A stretch of DNA of 64,000 bases from a bacterium (GCA_030700065.1 JAUYKH010000003.1:2876-66875), one strand, 5' to 3'. Counted from the first letter of the stretch, positions 6,742-18,462 are shown. A program made the numbers and translations. Notes: generated by a model from the sequence alone, not told the origin.

Positions 6742-9700
6742 ATGACTAAACAACCAAATTCCCCGCTTTTTGATAAAGGCGGGATTGTTACCAAGATGCG
6801 CAAAGGGATGGCGGCCAAGCGCAAGCGCTTTGGCGCGACTTTGGAGGTAATGGATTTGCCGAACCTGATCGAGATTCAGACAGAATCCTACCGCCAGTTT
6901 TTTGAGCAGGGACTCAAGGAGCTATTTGAAGAAATCAGTCCGATAAAAGATTTCACCGGGAAAAATCTCGAGCTTCACTTCGGACAGTATTTCCTGGACA
7001 AGCCGAAATTCAGCGAGCTTAAGGCCAAAGAACGAAATACTACCTTTGAGGCGCCGCTTTACGTGCAGGTGAAACTCGTCAACAAAGCAAAAAATAAAAC
7101 CAAGACCCAGGATGTCTATTTGGGAGATTTTCCTTTGATGACGAACCGCGGGACATTTGTGATCAATGGCGTGGAACGGGTCGTCGTCTCGCAGTTGATA
7201 AAATCCCCGGGTGCTTTTTTCAGCGCCGAATATCAGCGCGGCCGCAATTACTACGGCGGGAAGATTATTCCAAACCGCGGGGCGTGGCTGGAGTTTGATA
7301 CCGATTTGAACGGGGTGATTGGCGTGAAGATCGACCGGAAACGCCGCATCCCGATCACGGCCCTTCTGCGGGTCTTCGGAGTATCTTCGGACGAGCAGAT
7401 TCTAGGCGCATTCGCGGACATTGATACCAACCCCGACCAAAAATATATTCAAAATACTTTGGAAAAGGATCCGTCAAAGAACGCGGACGACGGCTTTAAA
7501 GAAGTTTACAAGAGAATTCGCCCAGGCGATCTGGCGACAGTGGACAATGCCAGGTCTTTGATTGAGGCAATGTTTTTCAATTTTGATCGCTATGATCTGT
7601 CCCTGGTCGGGAGATACAAATTCAACCAACGCCTGAACATCAGCGGCCGGGAGGACCGGATTTTAACGAAAGAAGATTTGATTGCCGTGATCCGGGAGAT
7701 CATCAGGCTTAATAATTCCCAGGAGCATCCTGACGATATTGATCATTTGGCCAATCGCCGGATTCGCGCCGTTGGCGAACTCATACAGACCAAATTCCGC
7801 GTCGGACTCCAGCGGATGAGCCGAATCGCGAAAGATCGCATGAGCCTGGCGGATTTGGATACCGCCACGCCAGCCCAGCTTATCCATGTTCGGCCGATCG
7901 TCGCGGTGATGCAGGAATTTTTCTCCTCCTCTCAGCTTTCGCAGTTTATGGATCAAACCAACCCTCTGGCCGAGTTGGAACACAAGCGGCGCTTATCCGC
8001 GATGGGCCCGGGGGGACTGTCCCGCGAGCGAGCGGGTTTTGAGGTGCGCGATGTGCACCGCTCACACTATGGCCGTTTGTGCCCGATTACTACTCCGGAG
8101 GGACCGAATATCGGCTTGGTTGCCCATATGGCTTCCTATGCCCAGCTGAACGAATTTGGGTTTATCGAGACCCCTTATCGCAAAGTCGCGAGCGTGGGCG
8201 GGCGGAAAAAAGTAACGGACGAGATTGTTTATCTGGACGCATACGAAGAAGAAAAGATGATTATTGCCCAGGCCAATACGCAACTGGACGAGAATGGATT
8301 TTTTGTAGAGGAACGGGCCCAGGTCCGGGTTCATGGGGAACCGTCCATTGCCGCGACCGAAGAGATCAACTATATGGACGTCTCCCCCAAACAGATCGTA
8401 TCGGTTACGACTTCGCTTATTCCCTTCTTGGAGCATGATGACGCCAATCGCGCGCTGATGGGTTCGAACATGCAAAGACAGGCGGTGTCCTGCATCCGGC
8501 CACAGGCGCCGATTGTCGGCACCGGTGTTGAGGAAAAAGCCGCTTTTGATTCCGGACAGGTGATTGTCTGCGAAAAGGACGGGACGGTTCATTCAGTAAC
8601 TGGTGACAGGATCATCGTTTTGGAATCAGGCGGGGTGAAGCGCGAATACCCCTTGAAAAAGTTTTTGCGTTCCAACACCTCAACCAGCATCAACCAGAAG
8701 CCGATAGCGCGGCGGGGGCAAAAAGTCGTGCGCGGTCAGGTCCTGGCAGACGGCCCCGCCACCGAGCTGGGGGAACTGGCTTTGGGACAGAACGTGCTGG
8801 TCGCCTTTCTTTCCTGGCGCGGATACAATTATGAAGACGCGGTAATTATTTCATCGCGAGTTGTGGAACAAGACAGATTCAGTTCCATCCACATCGAAGA
8901 TTTTAAAGTCGATGTCCGGGACACCAAGCTGGGACCGGAAATCGTTACGCGCGATATTCCGAACGTCGGCGAGGAAAAATTGAAAGACTTGGACGAAAAC
9001 GGGGTCATACGGATCGGGGCGCAGGTCAAAGCCGGTGACATATTGGTCGGGAAAATCACGCCCAAAGGCGAAACCGATCTCACCGCCGAAGAAAAACTTT
9101 TGCGGGTTATTTTTGGCGAAAAATCCAGGGACGTCAAAGACACGTCTCTGACGCTCCCGCACGGCGAGTACGGGAAAGTCGTGAACATTCGCGAATTTTC
9201 CCGAGACCGCGGGGACAAACTGCCGACCGGTGTTGTCCGTTCAATTCAGGTATCGGTCGCGGTTTTGCGCAAAATTTCCACGGGTGATAAAATGGCCGGC
9301 CGGCACGGCAACAAAGGCGTTATCTCCAGGATTGTTCCGGTTGAAGACATGCCTTTTATGGAAGACGGAACCCCTGTTGACATCATTCTCAACCCTTTGG
9401 GAGTGGCGTCGCGTATGAATTTGGGCCAAATTTTGGAGACCCATCTCGGCTTAGCCGCTCACAAGCTGAATTATCAAGCGGCCAGTCCGGCGCTGGACGG
9501 GGTCTCCGAAGAGGCGATCAAAGAGGAATTGATCCGCGCCGGCTACTCCCCTGACGGCAAAGTCAAACTGCACGACGGCCGGACCGGCGAATCGTTTGAT
9601 GAAAAGGTTACCGTGGGGTATATCTACATGATGAAGCTTCATCATTTGGTGGACGACAAGATGCATGCCCGTTCCACTGGCCCGTATTCACTGATTACCC

Positions 9701-10074
9701 AACAGCCCTTGGGCGGGAAAGCGCAGTTTGGCGGCCAGCGGTTTGGAGAAATGGAGGTCTGGGCTCTCGAGGGATACGGCGCGGCCCATACCTTGCAGGA
9801 GATGCTGACGATAAAATCCGACGATGTGGTCGGCCGTTCCAGAACCTATGAATCAATTGTCAAGGGAGAACCGATCAAAACCCCGAACGTGCCGGAATCC
9901 TTTTTGGTGTTGGTGAAAGAACTGCAGTCTTTGTGCCTGGATGTCAATCTCATCGGGGAACATTTTGAGGAAGACGACCAGTCCGGAGAAATTGGCGAAC
10001 TTGCGACCATACCGCGGGAGGCAGAGACGCGGCAGGAAGCGACCGCGGCCAAAAAGGAAAAGGCGGAAGCCTAA
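6742..10074 (+). CDS. rpoB: DNA-directed RNA polymerase subunit beta
   Basis: '[30 protein letters not shown]', '[13 protein letters not shown]', 'GGQRFGEME'. Start could be GTG 6730. Confidence 0.99.
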   Translation: MTKQPNSPLFDKGGIVTKMRKGMAAKRKRFGATLEVMDLPNLIEIQTESYRQFFEQGLKELFEEISPIKDFTGKNLELHFGQYFLDKPKFSELKAKERNTTFEAPLYVQVKLVNKAKNKTKTQDVYLGDFPLMTNRGTFVINGVERVVVSQLIKSPGAFFSAEYQRGRNYYGGKIIPNRGAWLEFDTDLNGVIGVKIDRKRRIPITALLRVFGVSSDEQILGAFADIDTNPDQKYIQNTLEKDPSKNADDGFKEVYKRIRPGDLATVDNARSLIEAMFFNFDRYDLSLVGRYKFNQRLNISGREDRILTKEDLIAVIREIIRLNNSQEHPDDIDHLANRRIRAVGELIQTKFRVGLQRMSRIAKDRMSLADLDTATPAQLIHVRPIVAVMQEFFSSSQLSQFMDQTNPLAELEHKRRLSAMGPGGLSRERAGFEVRDVHRSHYGRLCPITTPEGPNIGLVAHMASYAQLNEFGFIETPYRKVASVGGRKKVTDEIVYLDAYEEEKMIIAQANTQLDENGFFVEERAQVRVHGEPSIAATEEINYMDVSPKQIVSVTTSLIPFLEHDDANRALMGSNMQRQAVSCIRPQAPIVGTGVEEKAAFDSGQVIVCEKDGTVHSVTGDRIIVLESGGVKREYPLKKFLRSNTSTSINQKPIARRGQKVVRGQVLADGPATELGELALGQNVLVAFLSWRGYNYEDAVIISSRVVEQDRFSSIHIEDFKVDVRDTKLGPEIVTRDIPNVGEEKLKDLDENGVIRIGAQVKAGDILVGKITPKGETDLTAEEKLLRVIFGEKSRDVKDTSLTLPHGEYGKVVNIREFSRDRGDKLPTGVVRSIQVSVAVLRKISTGDKMAGRHGNKGVISRIVPVEDMPFMEDGTPVDIILNPLGVASRMNLGQILETHLGLAAHKLNYQAASPALDGVSEEAIKEELIRAGYSPDGKVKLHDGRTGESFDEKVTVGYIYMMKLHHLVDDKMHARSTGPYSLITQQPLGGKAQFGGQRFGEMEVWALEGYGAAHTLQEMLTIKSDDVVGRSRTYESIVKGEPIKTPNVPESFLVLVKELQSLCLDVNLIGEHFEEDDQSGEIGELATIPREAETRQEATAAKKEKAEA

Positions 10075-10079
10075 ATTAT

Positions 10080-13000
10080 ATGACCCATAAAAGCTCCGAA
10101 TTCAAGGCTGTCCAGATCAAACTCGCTTCCCACGAGCAGATTTTGGAGTGGTCCTACGGCGAAGTGACCAAGCCGGAGACGATCAACTACCGGACCCAGC
10201 GGCCGGAAAAAGACGGGCTGTTCGACGAGAAAATTTTCGGTCCGGTCAAAGATTGGGAATGCTATTGCGGGAAATACAAACGAATCCGCTACAAGGGAAT
10301 TATTTGCGATAAATGCGGGGTGGAAGTCACCCGCGCCCAGGTTCGGCGCGAGCGAATGGGACACATTGGTTTGGCGGTTCCGGTCGCGCACATCTGGTTT
10401 TTCCGCGGCGTCCCGTCGCGTCTCGGCCTGATTTTGAATTTATCGGTTCAGGATTTGGAAAAGGTGATTTATTTTGCGTCTTACATCATCACGCACGTCA
10501 ACGATGACGCCCGAGCCGAAACCCTGGCGCAGATCGAGAGGGAGTTTAAGATAAAAAAGAAAGAGATCGAAGATCGCTACGCAAAAATTTTGCAGCGTTT
10601 GAAGTCTCCCAAAGCGAAAGAGGAGGATCAAGGCCAGGATGCCGACAAACTCCAGGACAATATGACGCATGAGATCACAAACCTGGAGCGAATTCGGGAC
10701 TTGGCCCGCTCCGAGCTTCGTTCTTTGAAGAAAATGCAGGTTATTTCCGAACTCGAATATCGCGATTTGTCTCTCAAGTACGGCCCTGTCTTCAAGGCCG
10801 GCATTGGCGCGGAAGCCATAAATCAGCTCGTGAAAGAAGTGAATTTGGAACAGCTGATGGCCGATTGCGAAGGGGAGCTCAAGGTCACCGAGGGCGCGTC
10901 GAGACGCAAAATTATCAAGCGTTTAAAACTTGCCAAGTCATTGCTTAAAGCGGGATTGCGGCCAGAATGGATGCTCATTTCCGCCCTGCCGGTGATCCCG
11001 CCGGATTTGCGGCCAATGGTCCAGCTTGACGGCGGCCGGTTTGCCGCGTCTGACCTGAATGATCTGTATCGCCGGGTAATCAACAGGAATAACCGCCTGA
11101 AACGGCTTCTGGAAATCAATGCTCCCGAAGTCATCACGAGGAACGAGAAACGGATGCTCCAGGAGGCGGTGGATGCCCTGATTGACAATTCCATGCGGCA
11201 CGGCAAGGAGGTTACGGCCTCGACCGGTCAGCGCCGGAAACTGCGGGCGCTGGCAGACATGCTCAAAGGCAAACAGGGGCGTTTCCGTCAGAATTTGCTC
11301 GGTAAAAGAGTGGACTATTCCGGCCGGTCGGTCATCGTGGTCGGGCCGGAGCTGAAACTCAATCAATGCGGCCTGCCGAAGCGCATGGCCTTGGAATTAT
11401 TTAAACCTTTTGTTATTTCCAAACTGATTTCCCGCGAATACGCGCATAATGTGCGTTCTGCCAATCGGCTGATTGAACAGGAACGGGCCGAAGTCTATGA
11501 CATTCTCGAAGAGGTGACCCAAGGGCATTATGTGCTCCTAAATCGCGCCCCGACCCTGCACCGTTTGGGTTTTCAGGCATTTCAGCCGGTTTTGATCGAA
11601 GGGAAAGCCATTCAGATTCATCCGATGGTTTGTCAGGCATTCAACGCGGATTTTGACGGCGACCAGATGGCCGTCCACGTGCCCCTCACCGCGAGCGCGC
11701 AGCATGAGGCCAAGGAACTGATGGCCTCGGCCAAAAATTTATTAAAGCCGGCCAGCGGCGAGCCGATCATGACCCCGGACAAGGATGTCGTTTTGGGCTG
11801 TTATTATATTACCCACATTCAGGAAGGGGCCCACGGCGAGAACAAATTATTCGGCAGCATCAACGAAGCCATCCTGGCGCATCAATCCAAGGTCGTCTCG
11901 CTCAAGGCGAGGGTCAAGGTACGTATCAAAGGGGAATTGATCGAGACTTGCGTCGGACGGATTCTTCTCAACAATCTATTGCCGGAAGAGATGCGGTTCA
12001 TCAATGAAGTCATGGACAAGAAGCGCCTGCGGAGCATCATACGCGAATGCTACCGGCAGTTGGGGACCGAACGCACCGCGCAACTGGTGGACGACATTAA
12101 AAAATTGGGGTTTTTGCAGCTGACACAATCGGGGTTGTCCTGGGGGATGGACGATTTGCGGGTGCCTGCGATCAAATATGAATTGCTGAAGAAGGCGGAC
12201 GAGGAAGTCCAGCAGACGTATCGGCAGTATCGCGAGGGATTGTTGACGGAAAACGAGCGTTACAATCGTGTTGTGGAGATTTGGATGGAAACCCAGGGGA
12301 AGATAACCGACCAGGTTACAAAATCACTGGATCCCGAGGGTTCGGTGTACTCGATGGTTGTTTCGGGCGCGCGGGGATCGCTTTCCCAGGTGTCCCAGAT
12401 GACCGGCATGAAAGGCCTGGTCGTAAACCCGGCCGGGGATATTATCGAATTGCCGGTCAGAGACAGTTTTAAAGAAGGGTTAAGCATTCTCGAATATTTC
12501 ATCTCGACTCATGGTTCCAGAAAAGGCATGAGTGATACGGCGCTTCGAACCGCGGATGCGGGGTACCTGACCCGCCGTCTGGTGGACGTGGCGCAGGACG
12601 TGGTCATCAATGAAGAAGATTGCGGCACGAAGACGGGCGTTGTCATCTCCCGCAAAGACACTGAAAGCATCGGCAAAACCATGGCCGAGCGGTTGTTCGG
12701 ACGAGTTCTGGCCGCCGACGTTTCAGATCCAAAGACAAAAAAAGTTTTGGCGCCAAAAGGGAAGCCGATAGACGACATCTTGGGCCAAAGTCTGGATAAG
12801 CACGAAGTCGAAGAAGTGGTTGTTCGTTCAGTGATGCATTGTGTTCTGAACCGCGGGGTTTGCGCGGCCTGCTACGGTTTCGACCTCGGATTCAATAGAA
12901 TGGTGGATTTGGGGACCGCGGTCGGGATAATCGCGGCGCAGGCCATTGGCGAGCCGGGAACGCAACTGACCATGAGAACCTTCCATACCGGCGGAGTCGC

Positions 13001-13940
13001 CGGACTCGATATTACGCAAGGCCTGCCGCGAGTCGAGGAATTGTTTGAGGCCCGGTCTCCCAAAGGCCAGGCCGTGGTTTCGGAAATTGACGGCATTGCT
13101 TACATATCCAAAGTGTCGGACAAAGAAATAATTTTACGGATAGAATCGGCCGATATTCAGAAAGACGAATATCTCCTTCCTTCGGGGAAACCCCAGATCC
13201 TGGATGGCGAAAAGGTCAAAAAAGGCGAGCCGATTTTGATTGATGAGCAAGGGGAAGTGGTGAGAGCAAAAGAGTCGGGAATTGTCAAAATTCAGCAGGA
13301 AGACGGTCAGAGGAAAATTGTGGTCATCCGGGAAGCGGAAAATTTTCGGGAATACGCCGTGCCCGCGAGCGTCAATCTGGCGATTCAGGATCGCGACCTC
13401 GTGGTAAAAGGGCAGCAGCTTTCCGAAGGAAATTTGAACCTTCACCAGATTATGCAGCTTCGCGGCATTCCCGAGTGCCAGTCCTACATCATTCGCGAGG
13501 TTCAGAACATTTATTCTTCCCAGGGGCAGAATATCGCGGAAAAACATATTGAAATCATCGTTCGTCAGATATTCTCCAAAGTCCGCGTCGCGGACGTTGG
13601 AGATTCGGAATTTTTGGTTGGAGACGTGGTTGAGCGGCTCAAGCTTGCCGAAATCAACCGAAAGCTGGCGAAAAACAAAGCGAAGCTCGTACAAATCGAG
13701 CCCCTGCTCATGGGCATCACCAAATCCTCGCTCAACACCGAATCATTCCTGGCGGCCGCTTCCTTCCAGGAAACGACCCGCGTGCTCATCGAAGCCGCCG
13801 TAACGGCCAAGACCGACCATCTGCGGGGCCTCAAGGAAAATGTGATCATCGGCAAACTCATTCCGGCCGGAACGGGGTTTAGCAAAGAACGGCTTCGGCA
13901 AATCGAGGATCAGATCGTGGTCGCAGAAGATGTCGAATAG
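10080..13940 (+). CDS. rpoC: DNA-directed RNA polymerase subunit beta'
   Basis: 'NADFDGDQMAVH', 'GKRVDYSGRSVIV', N-terminal zinc-finger cysteines. Confidence 0.99.
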   Translation: MTHKSSEFKAVQIKLASHEQILEWSYGEVTKPETINYRTQRPEKDGLFDEKIFGPVKDWECYCGKYKRIRYKGIICDKCGVEVTRAQVRRERMGHIGLAVPVAHIWFFRGVPSRLGLILNLSVQDLEKVIYFASYIITHVNDDARAETLAQIEREFKIKKKEIEDRYAKILQRLKSPKAKEEDQGQDADKLQDNMTHEITNLERIRDLARSELRSLKKMQVISELEYRDLSLKYGPVFKAGIGAEAINQLVKEVNLEQLMADCEGELKVTEGASRRKIIKRLKLAKSLLKAGLRPEWMLISALPVIPPDLRPMVQLDGGRFAASDLNDLYRRVINRNNRLKRLLEINAPEVITRNEKRMLQEAVDALIDNSMRHGKEVTASTGQRRKLRALADMLKGKQGRFRQNLLGKRVDYSGRSVIVVGPELKLNQCGLPKRMALELFKPFVISKLISREYAHNVRSANRLIEQERAEVYDILEEVTQGHYVLLNRAPTLHRLGFQAFQPVLIEGKAIQIHPMVCQAFNADFDGDQMAVHVPLTASAQHEAKELMASAKNLLKPASGEPIMTPDKDVVLGCYYITHIQEGAHGENKLFGSINEAILAHQSKVVSLKARVKVRIKGELIETCVGRILLNNLLPEEMRFINEVMDKKRLRSIIRECYRQLGTERTAQLVDDIKKLGFLQLTQSGLSWGMDDLRVPAIKYELLKKADEEVQQTYRQYREGLLTENERYNRVVEIWMETQGKITDQVTKSLDPEGSVYSMVVSGARGSLSQVSQMTGMKGLVVNPAGDIIELPVRDSFKEGLSILEYFISTHGSRKGMSDTALRTADAGYLTRRLVDVAQDVVINEEDCGTKTGVVISRKDTESIGKTMAERLFGRVLAADVSDPKTKKVLAPKGKPIDDILGQSLDKHEVEEVVVRSVMHCVLNRGVCAACYGFDLGFNRMVDLGTAVGIIAAQAIGEPGTQLTMRTFHTGGVAGLDITQGLPRVEELFEARSPKGQAVVSEIDGIAYISKVSDKEIILRIESADIQKDEYLLPSGKPQILDGEKVKKGEPILIDEQGEVVRAKESGIVKIQQEDGQRKIVVIREAENFREYAVPASVNLAIQDRDLVVKGQQLSEGNLNLHQIMQLRGIPECQSYIIREVQNIYSSQGQNIAEKHIEIIVRQIFSKVRVADVGDSEFLVGDVVERLKLAEINRKLAKNKAKLVQIEPLLMGITKSSLNTESFLAAASFQETTRVLIEAAVTAKTDHLRGLKENVIIGKLIPAGTGFSKERLRQIEDQIVVAEDVE

Positions 13941-13942
13941 TT

Positions 13943-16600
13943 TTATTTCAGCGATTTGATTTTGGCCTGGAGTTTGGTTTGCCGATCTTTCGCCGTTTCA
14001 AAATCGGCTTTGATTTTTTCGACTATTTCGGGCGGGGCTTTCTTGAGAAAGTCCTTTTTGGCCAATTGGGTTTCAAGTCTCTTTACGATTTCGTCCGTTT
14101 CTTTCAGGATTTTTTCGGTCAGCACCAGCTCTTTTTTCGGGTCAAAGCCTGGAATAATGAGGTAAACCCTGGTCCCTTCCCAGAGAGAGTATGGCATTTT
14201 TTTGGTTTCATCGATGCTTTCAAAATTCAGCTTGACTCGGGCGAGCTTTTCTATGATAGATGTTTGCTCTTTTATCCAGGAAAGGCGTTTTGGCAATTCC
14301 AAATAAGAAGAGAAAATTTCTTTTGGATCTTGGCGGTATTCGGCGCGTATGTTTCTCAAATCGGTGACTAAATCCCGCAAGGTTTGCATTTTTTTCCCAA
14401 CTTCTAACTTCAAACTTCTAACCTCCAACACGGGGTATTCTTGAATCATCAGGGATTCTTTGGAAAATTGGGACCAGATGTGTTCAGAAACAAAAGGAAT
14501 AAACGGGTGCCAAAGTTTGAGAAGCACGGCCAGAACATACGGTAAAATCTCTTGACTATTTGATCTTTGATCTTTGATTTTTGATATTTCTATGTACCAG
14601 TCCGCGAGGTCATTCCAGGTAAATTTGAGAAGCTCCTCCCCGGCACCGCCAAAATCCAGTTTTTTCAATTTTTCGTCAACATCAGAGGCGACCTCAACCA
14701 TCCTGCCAAGGATCCATTCATCGGCCAGGGTCTCGGCTTTGGGGGTCTCCGATTTTTCGTTAATTTTTACGGTTCCCAGGATATACCGGGAAATGTTCCA
14801 AAATTTATTAACAAAATTTCTAAAGGATTGAATTTTGGTTTCGTCAATTTTGAGATCATTGCCGGGACTGATGCCAATGCACAAAGAGAGCCGCAATGCA
14901 TCCGCCCCGTATTTTTGGATGATTTCCAAAGGACTCATGGCATTGCCTTTGGATTTGCTCATTTTTTTGCCCTGCGCATCCCGAACCAGGCCGTGTAGAT
15001 AGACAGTTCGAAACGGAATATCATCAATTGCGTATCCGGTCATCAGCACCATTCTCGCCACCCAGAAAAACAGAATGTCATACCCGGTTTCGAGAACAGT
15101 GGTGGGATGGTAAGTTTTGAGGTCGGGAGTTTCGGCGGGCCAGCCCAGAGTTGAAAAAGTCCACAGGCTGGAAGAGAACCAGGTATCGAGAGTGTCCGGA
15201 TCCTGGGTCAAAGCGGTACTCTGACAAGACTTGCATTTCGCCAGCGCATCAACCTCGACCGTTATTTCGCCGCAGTTTCCGCAGTACCAGACCGGGATGC
15301 GGTGGCCAAACCAGATTTGGCGAGAGATGCACCAGTCTTTGAGGTTCTCCATCCATTGGAGATAAGTTTTCTCAAACTTTTTCGGGACAATTTTTATCGA
15401 TCCGGTTTTGACTGCCTGCGCGGCGATTTCTTTAAGTGAAAATTTTCTGCCGGGGATTTTCTGGTTGACGCTGACGAACCATTGTTTGGAAACCATGGGC
15501 TCCACTATATCGCCGGAGCGGTAGCAGTAGCCGACGTTGTGAGGGAGGTCTTCCGTTTTTTCCAGGTACCCCCCCTCTTTTAGTTCTTCAATGATTTTGC
15601 CGCGCGCTTCTTCGGCGGTCAGATTGGCATACTCCTCAAAGCCGTGATCGGATGATTCCTTTTCATCTACCCTCCCGTCCGGAGTGAACATATTGATGAT
15701 TGGCAGCCGATGCTTTTGCCCGATTTCGAAATCCAGAGGATCGTGGCCCGGGGTAATTTTCAAAACCCCGGTCCCGAAATCGCAGTCCACCCGTTCGTCG
15801 GCGATCACGACAAGTTCCCGATTGACCAGGGGGAGCATAATATTTTTTCCGACATATTTTTTGTAGCGGCTGTCTTTGGGATTTACTGCCACTGCGGTGT
15901 CCGCCAGCATTGTCTCCGGTCGAGTGGTGGCAATGGTCAACCCCCCTTTCTGTTTGCTGAATGGATATCGGATATAGTAGAGCTGTCCCGCGACCGGATG
16001 GTATTCCACCTCGTCATTAGCCAGGGTGGTCCCGCACCCCGAACACCAATTTACAATGCGTTCTCCTCGGTAGATGAGTTTATCATCATAAAGTTTTTTG
16101 AAGATTGTCCGAACGGCAAGGGAAAGCTCGGGTGAGAGCGTGTACTTTTCGCGGGACCAGTCGCAGGACGCGCCCATTTTGCGAACGGCGGTTTGAATAC
16201 TCCCCCGCGTTTTTTCGACGAATTCATTAATTCGTTTCAAAAGTTCCTCGCGACCAAGGTCGTGGCGATTCTTCTTTTCCGTTTCCCAGATTTTTCGCTC
16301 CACCACGTTTTGGGTGGCGATGGCCGCGTGGTCAGTGCCGGGAAGCCAGAGCGTTTTTTTGCCGGACATCCTCGACCATCTCGCGAGAATATCCTGAACA
16401 GTCAGAAACAGGGCGTGGCCCATATGCAACTCCCCGGTCGCGTTCGGGGGCGGCATTGACATGGAAAATACCCCGGCTTTCCAATATCGGTCCGAGGCGG
16501 TCTCCAGGTTATCAGGATTAAATAAACCGGAAGCTTCCCATTTCTGATAGATATCATTTTCTACCGGGCCGGGTAGGTAGGTTTTTGGAATTTCTTTCAT
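13943..16600 (-). CDS. valS: Valine--tRNA ligase
   Basis: 'PPPNATGELHMGH', 'DWCISRQIWFGH', 'KMSKS', C-terminal coiled coil. Confidence 0.97.
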   Translation of the reverse strand: MKEIPKTYLPGPVENDIYQKWEASGLFNPDNLETASDRYWKAGVFSMSMPPPNATGELHMGHALFLTVQDILARWSRMSGKKTLWLPGTDHAAIATQNVVERKIWETEKKNRHDLGREELLKRINEFVEKTRGSIQTAVRKMGASCDWSREKYTLSPELSLAVRTIFKKLYDDKLIYRGERIVNWCSGCGTTLANDEVEYHPVAGQLYYIRYPFSKQKGGLTIATTRPETMLADTAVAVNPKDSRYKKYVGKNIMLPLVNRELVVIADERVDCDFGTGVLKITPGHDPLDFEIGQKHRLPIINMFTPDGRVDEKESSDHGFEEYANLTAEEARGKIIEELKEGGYLEKTEDLPHNVGYCYRSGDIVEPMVSKQWFVSVNQKIPGRKFSLKEIAAQAVKTGSIKIVPKKFEKTYLQWMENLKDWCISRQIWFGHRIPVWYCGNCGEITVEVDALAKCKSCQSTALTQDPDTLDTWFSSSLWTFSTLGWPAETPDLKTYHPTTVLETGYDILFFWVARMVLMTGYAIDDIPFRTVYLHGLVRDAQGKKMSKSKGNAMSPLEIIQKYGADALRLSLCIGISPGNDLKIDETKIQSFRNFVNKFWNISRYILGTVKINEKSETPKAETLADEWILGRMVEVASDVDEKLKKLDFGGAGEELLKFTWNDLADWYIEISKIKDQRSNSQEILPYVLAVLLKLWHPFIPFVSEHIWSQFSKESLMIQEYPVLEVRSLKLEVGKKMQTLRDLVTDLRNIRAEYRQDPKEIFSSYLELPKRLSWIKEQTSIIEKLARVKLNFESIDETKKMPYSLWEGTRVYLIIPGFDPKKELVLTEKILKETDEIVKRLETQLAKKDFLKKAPPEIVEKIKADFETAKDRQTKLQAKIKSLK

Positions 16601-16641
16601 GCGAGTATTTTAACATAATTGGCGGGATTTTTATATTGTTT

Positions 16642-17700
16642 TTAGGCCCAGCTTTTAAGTTCAAGATTCGGGTTGGCCCGAACCTTGTGAAGAGTGGCAA
16701 AATGGCCGGCGCTGGCGTGGTGATACGCGGCAAGAGCGATCATGCCGGCGTTGTCAGTAGTCAATTTAGAATGTGGAATATAGAATTTAGAATGTGGAAG
16801 GTTAAGCTTCAGTTCTCGTTTCAGGGTTTGTTGGAGTTTTTGGTTTGCGGCGACACCGCCACCGAGAAGAATAGTTTTGACTTTGAATTTTTTTGCGGCA
16901 CGAAGGGTTTTGGCGACTAGCACGTCAACAATCGCATGCTCCACAGACGCGGCAATATCGGCTTTGAGTTTATGGCTTGCGGTTTTTATTTTTCTGCGCA
17001 TAAGCATATAAAGCACGGCGGTCTTCAAACCCGAAAAAGAGAAATTGAAATTGTTTTGTTCAAGCATGGGCCTTGGGAAATCAAAAGCCTTGGCATTGCC
17101 TTTCGCGGCAAGCTTCGCGATGGCCGGCCCTCCCGGATAGGGCAGGCTTAAAATTTTCGCGATTTTGTCAAAAGCCTCGCCCGCCGCATCATCGACAGTT
17201 TGGCCCAAGATTTTGTACCGCCCGACTTTTTTCACAAGGACGAGCATTGTGTGTCCGCCCGAAACGATCAGCCCCAAGGCAGGGAAGCTTATGGCTCGTA
17301 GGTGGTAGCTTGCAGGGAGAGCGGACAAGAGATGGCCTTCCAAATGATTGATGGGGATAATTGGTACATTTAAGGCGAAGCCGAGGGCTTTGGCGGTGTC
17401 AACGCCTGTCATGAGCGAAGTGATCAGGCCCGGCCCCGCGGTTACTGCGATGCCGTTTATTTCCCGCAGAGTAATGTTGGCGTTCTTCAAGGCCAATTTT
17501 ATCGCGGGGAGAATTTTGGGAATATGGGCGCGCGCCGCCATTTCCGGGACAATGCCGCCGGTTTTTCGGTGCAGCGCGATTTGAGAGTAGATGACGTTGC
17601 TCCTCAATTCAAGTTTACCGCGAACGGCTTTGAGTACCGCCGCGCTGGTCTCGTCCGCGGAAGTTTCGATTGCCAGGACAATAATTATTTTTGTACTCAT
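16642..17700 (-). CDS. tsaD: tRNA N6-adenosine threonylcarbamoyltransferase TsaD
   Basis: 'LAIETSADET', 'HLEGH', 'VSGGHT', 'DDAAGEAFDK', 'TDNAGMIA'. Confidence 0.96.
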   Translation of the reverse strand: MSTKIIIVLAIETSADETSAAVLKAVRGKLELRSNVIYSQIALHRKTGGIVPEMAARAHIPKILPAIKLALKNANITLREINGIAVTAGPGLITSLMTGVDTAKALGFALNVPIIPINHLEGHLLSALPASYHLRAISFPALGLIVSGGHTMLVLVKKVGRYKILGQTVDDAAGEAFDKIAKILSLPYPGGPAIAKLAAKGNAKAFDFPRPMLEQNNFNFSFSGLKTAVLYMLMRRKIKTASHKLKADIAASVEHAIVDVLVAKTLRAAKKFKVKTILLGGGVAANQKLQQTLKRELKLNLPHSKFYIPHSKLTTDNAGMIALAAYHHASAGHFATLHKVRANPNLELKSWA

Positions 17701-18383
17701 TTAGTCAATTGTTTTAACCTTTTTCTGAAAAGATAAAACAAAACTCCGACCATCAAGACGGCAATTGCCGCGAGGATAAAAAAAATTTCTTTTTCGCGGT
17801 TGACAAACGCTTCGCTGGCGTAAACAATGAATATCCCGTAGGGCAGTTCCGCGAGGGTAGTCACTAAAAGATATTTCCAAAAATGATAGCGAAGAATACC
17901 AAAGATGTAGCCCGTTTCCGAAGGAGTGGCCAGACGGAAAAGCAGGACCAGGTAGAACTCCATCTGGTTCGCGATTTTGTGAATCCACGAATCCAGTTTC
18001 TCCGAAGAAATGATCCGGCTGACAATCGGAAACCCCAGGTAGCGGCCGATGCCATAGGCGGCGGCTCCGCCGAGCATCCATCCGGTCATCAGAAAGAGAA
18101 AAGTTAAGGCCGTGCCCCAGATAAGTACTGCGGCGGGCACCAGCGGTACGCTTGAAAACGGCGAGAGCATGGCCGAGAGCGCGGTTAGACCGATGAAAAC
18201 GGAAATTCCAATGGCGCGGTGACTTTGGATGTATTTTTCAACCGCCCCCACAGAATTCAAAAAAACATCCTGAAAATAAGAGGAGGACCAGAAGATGATT
18301 ATAAGAGCGATTAAAAAAATTAGGACGAAAAGCTGTTTTTTGCTCACCCTTTTAGAAATCCTTATTGTTGTAAATGTAAGCAT
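17697..18383 (-). CDS. VTT/DedA-superfamily membrane protein
   Basis: Hydrophobic; 'LGGAAAYGIGRYLG', 'LLFRL', 'YIFGILRYHFWKYL..T.LAELP'. Confidence 0.75.
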   Translation of the reverse strand: MLTFTTIRISKRVSKKQLFVLIFLIALIIIFWSSSYFQDVFLNSVGAVEKYIQSHRAIGISVFIGLTALSAMLSPFSSVPLVPAAVLIWGTALTFLFLMTGWMLGGAAAYGIGRYLGFPIVSRIISSEKLDSWIHKIANQMEFYLVLLFRLATPSETGYIFGILRYHFWKYLLVTTLAELPYGIFIVYASEAFVNREKEIFFILAAIAVLMVGVLFYLFRKRLKQLTK

Positions 18384-18408
18384 GATTTACCCGCCTAGAA
18401 AATCAATA

Positions 18409-18445
18409 AAAAGCCGCCTCTCAAACTTCGCTCGAGGCGGCTTTG
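18409..18445. terminator. Intrinsic terminator after the DUF378 gene
   Basis: aaaagccgcctc...gaggcggcttt hairpin with A/T tails. Confidence 0.6.
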
Positions 18446-18462
18446 AAAAGCCAAGCTTAGGT

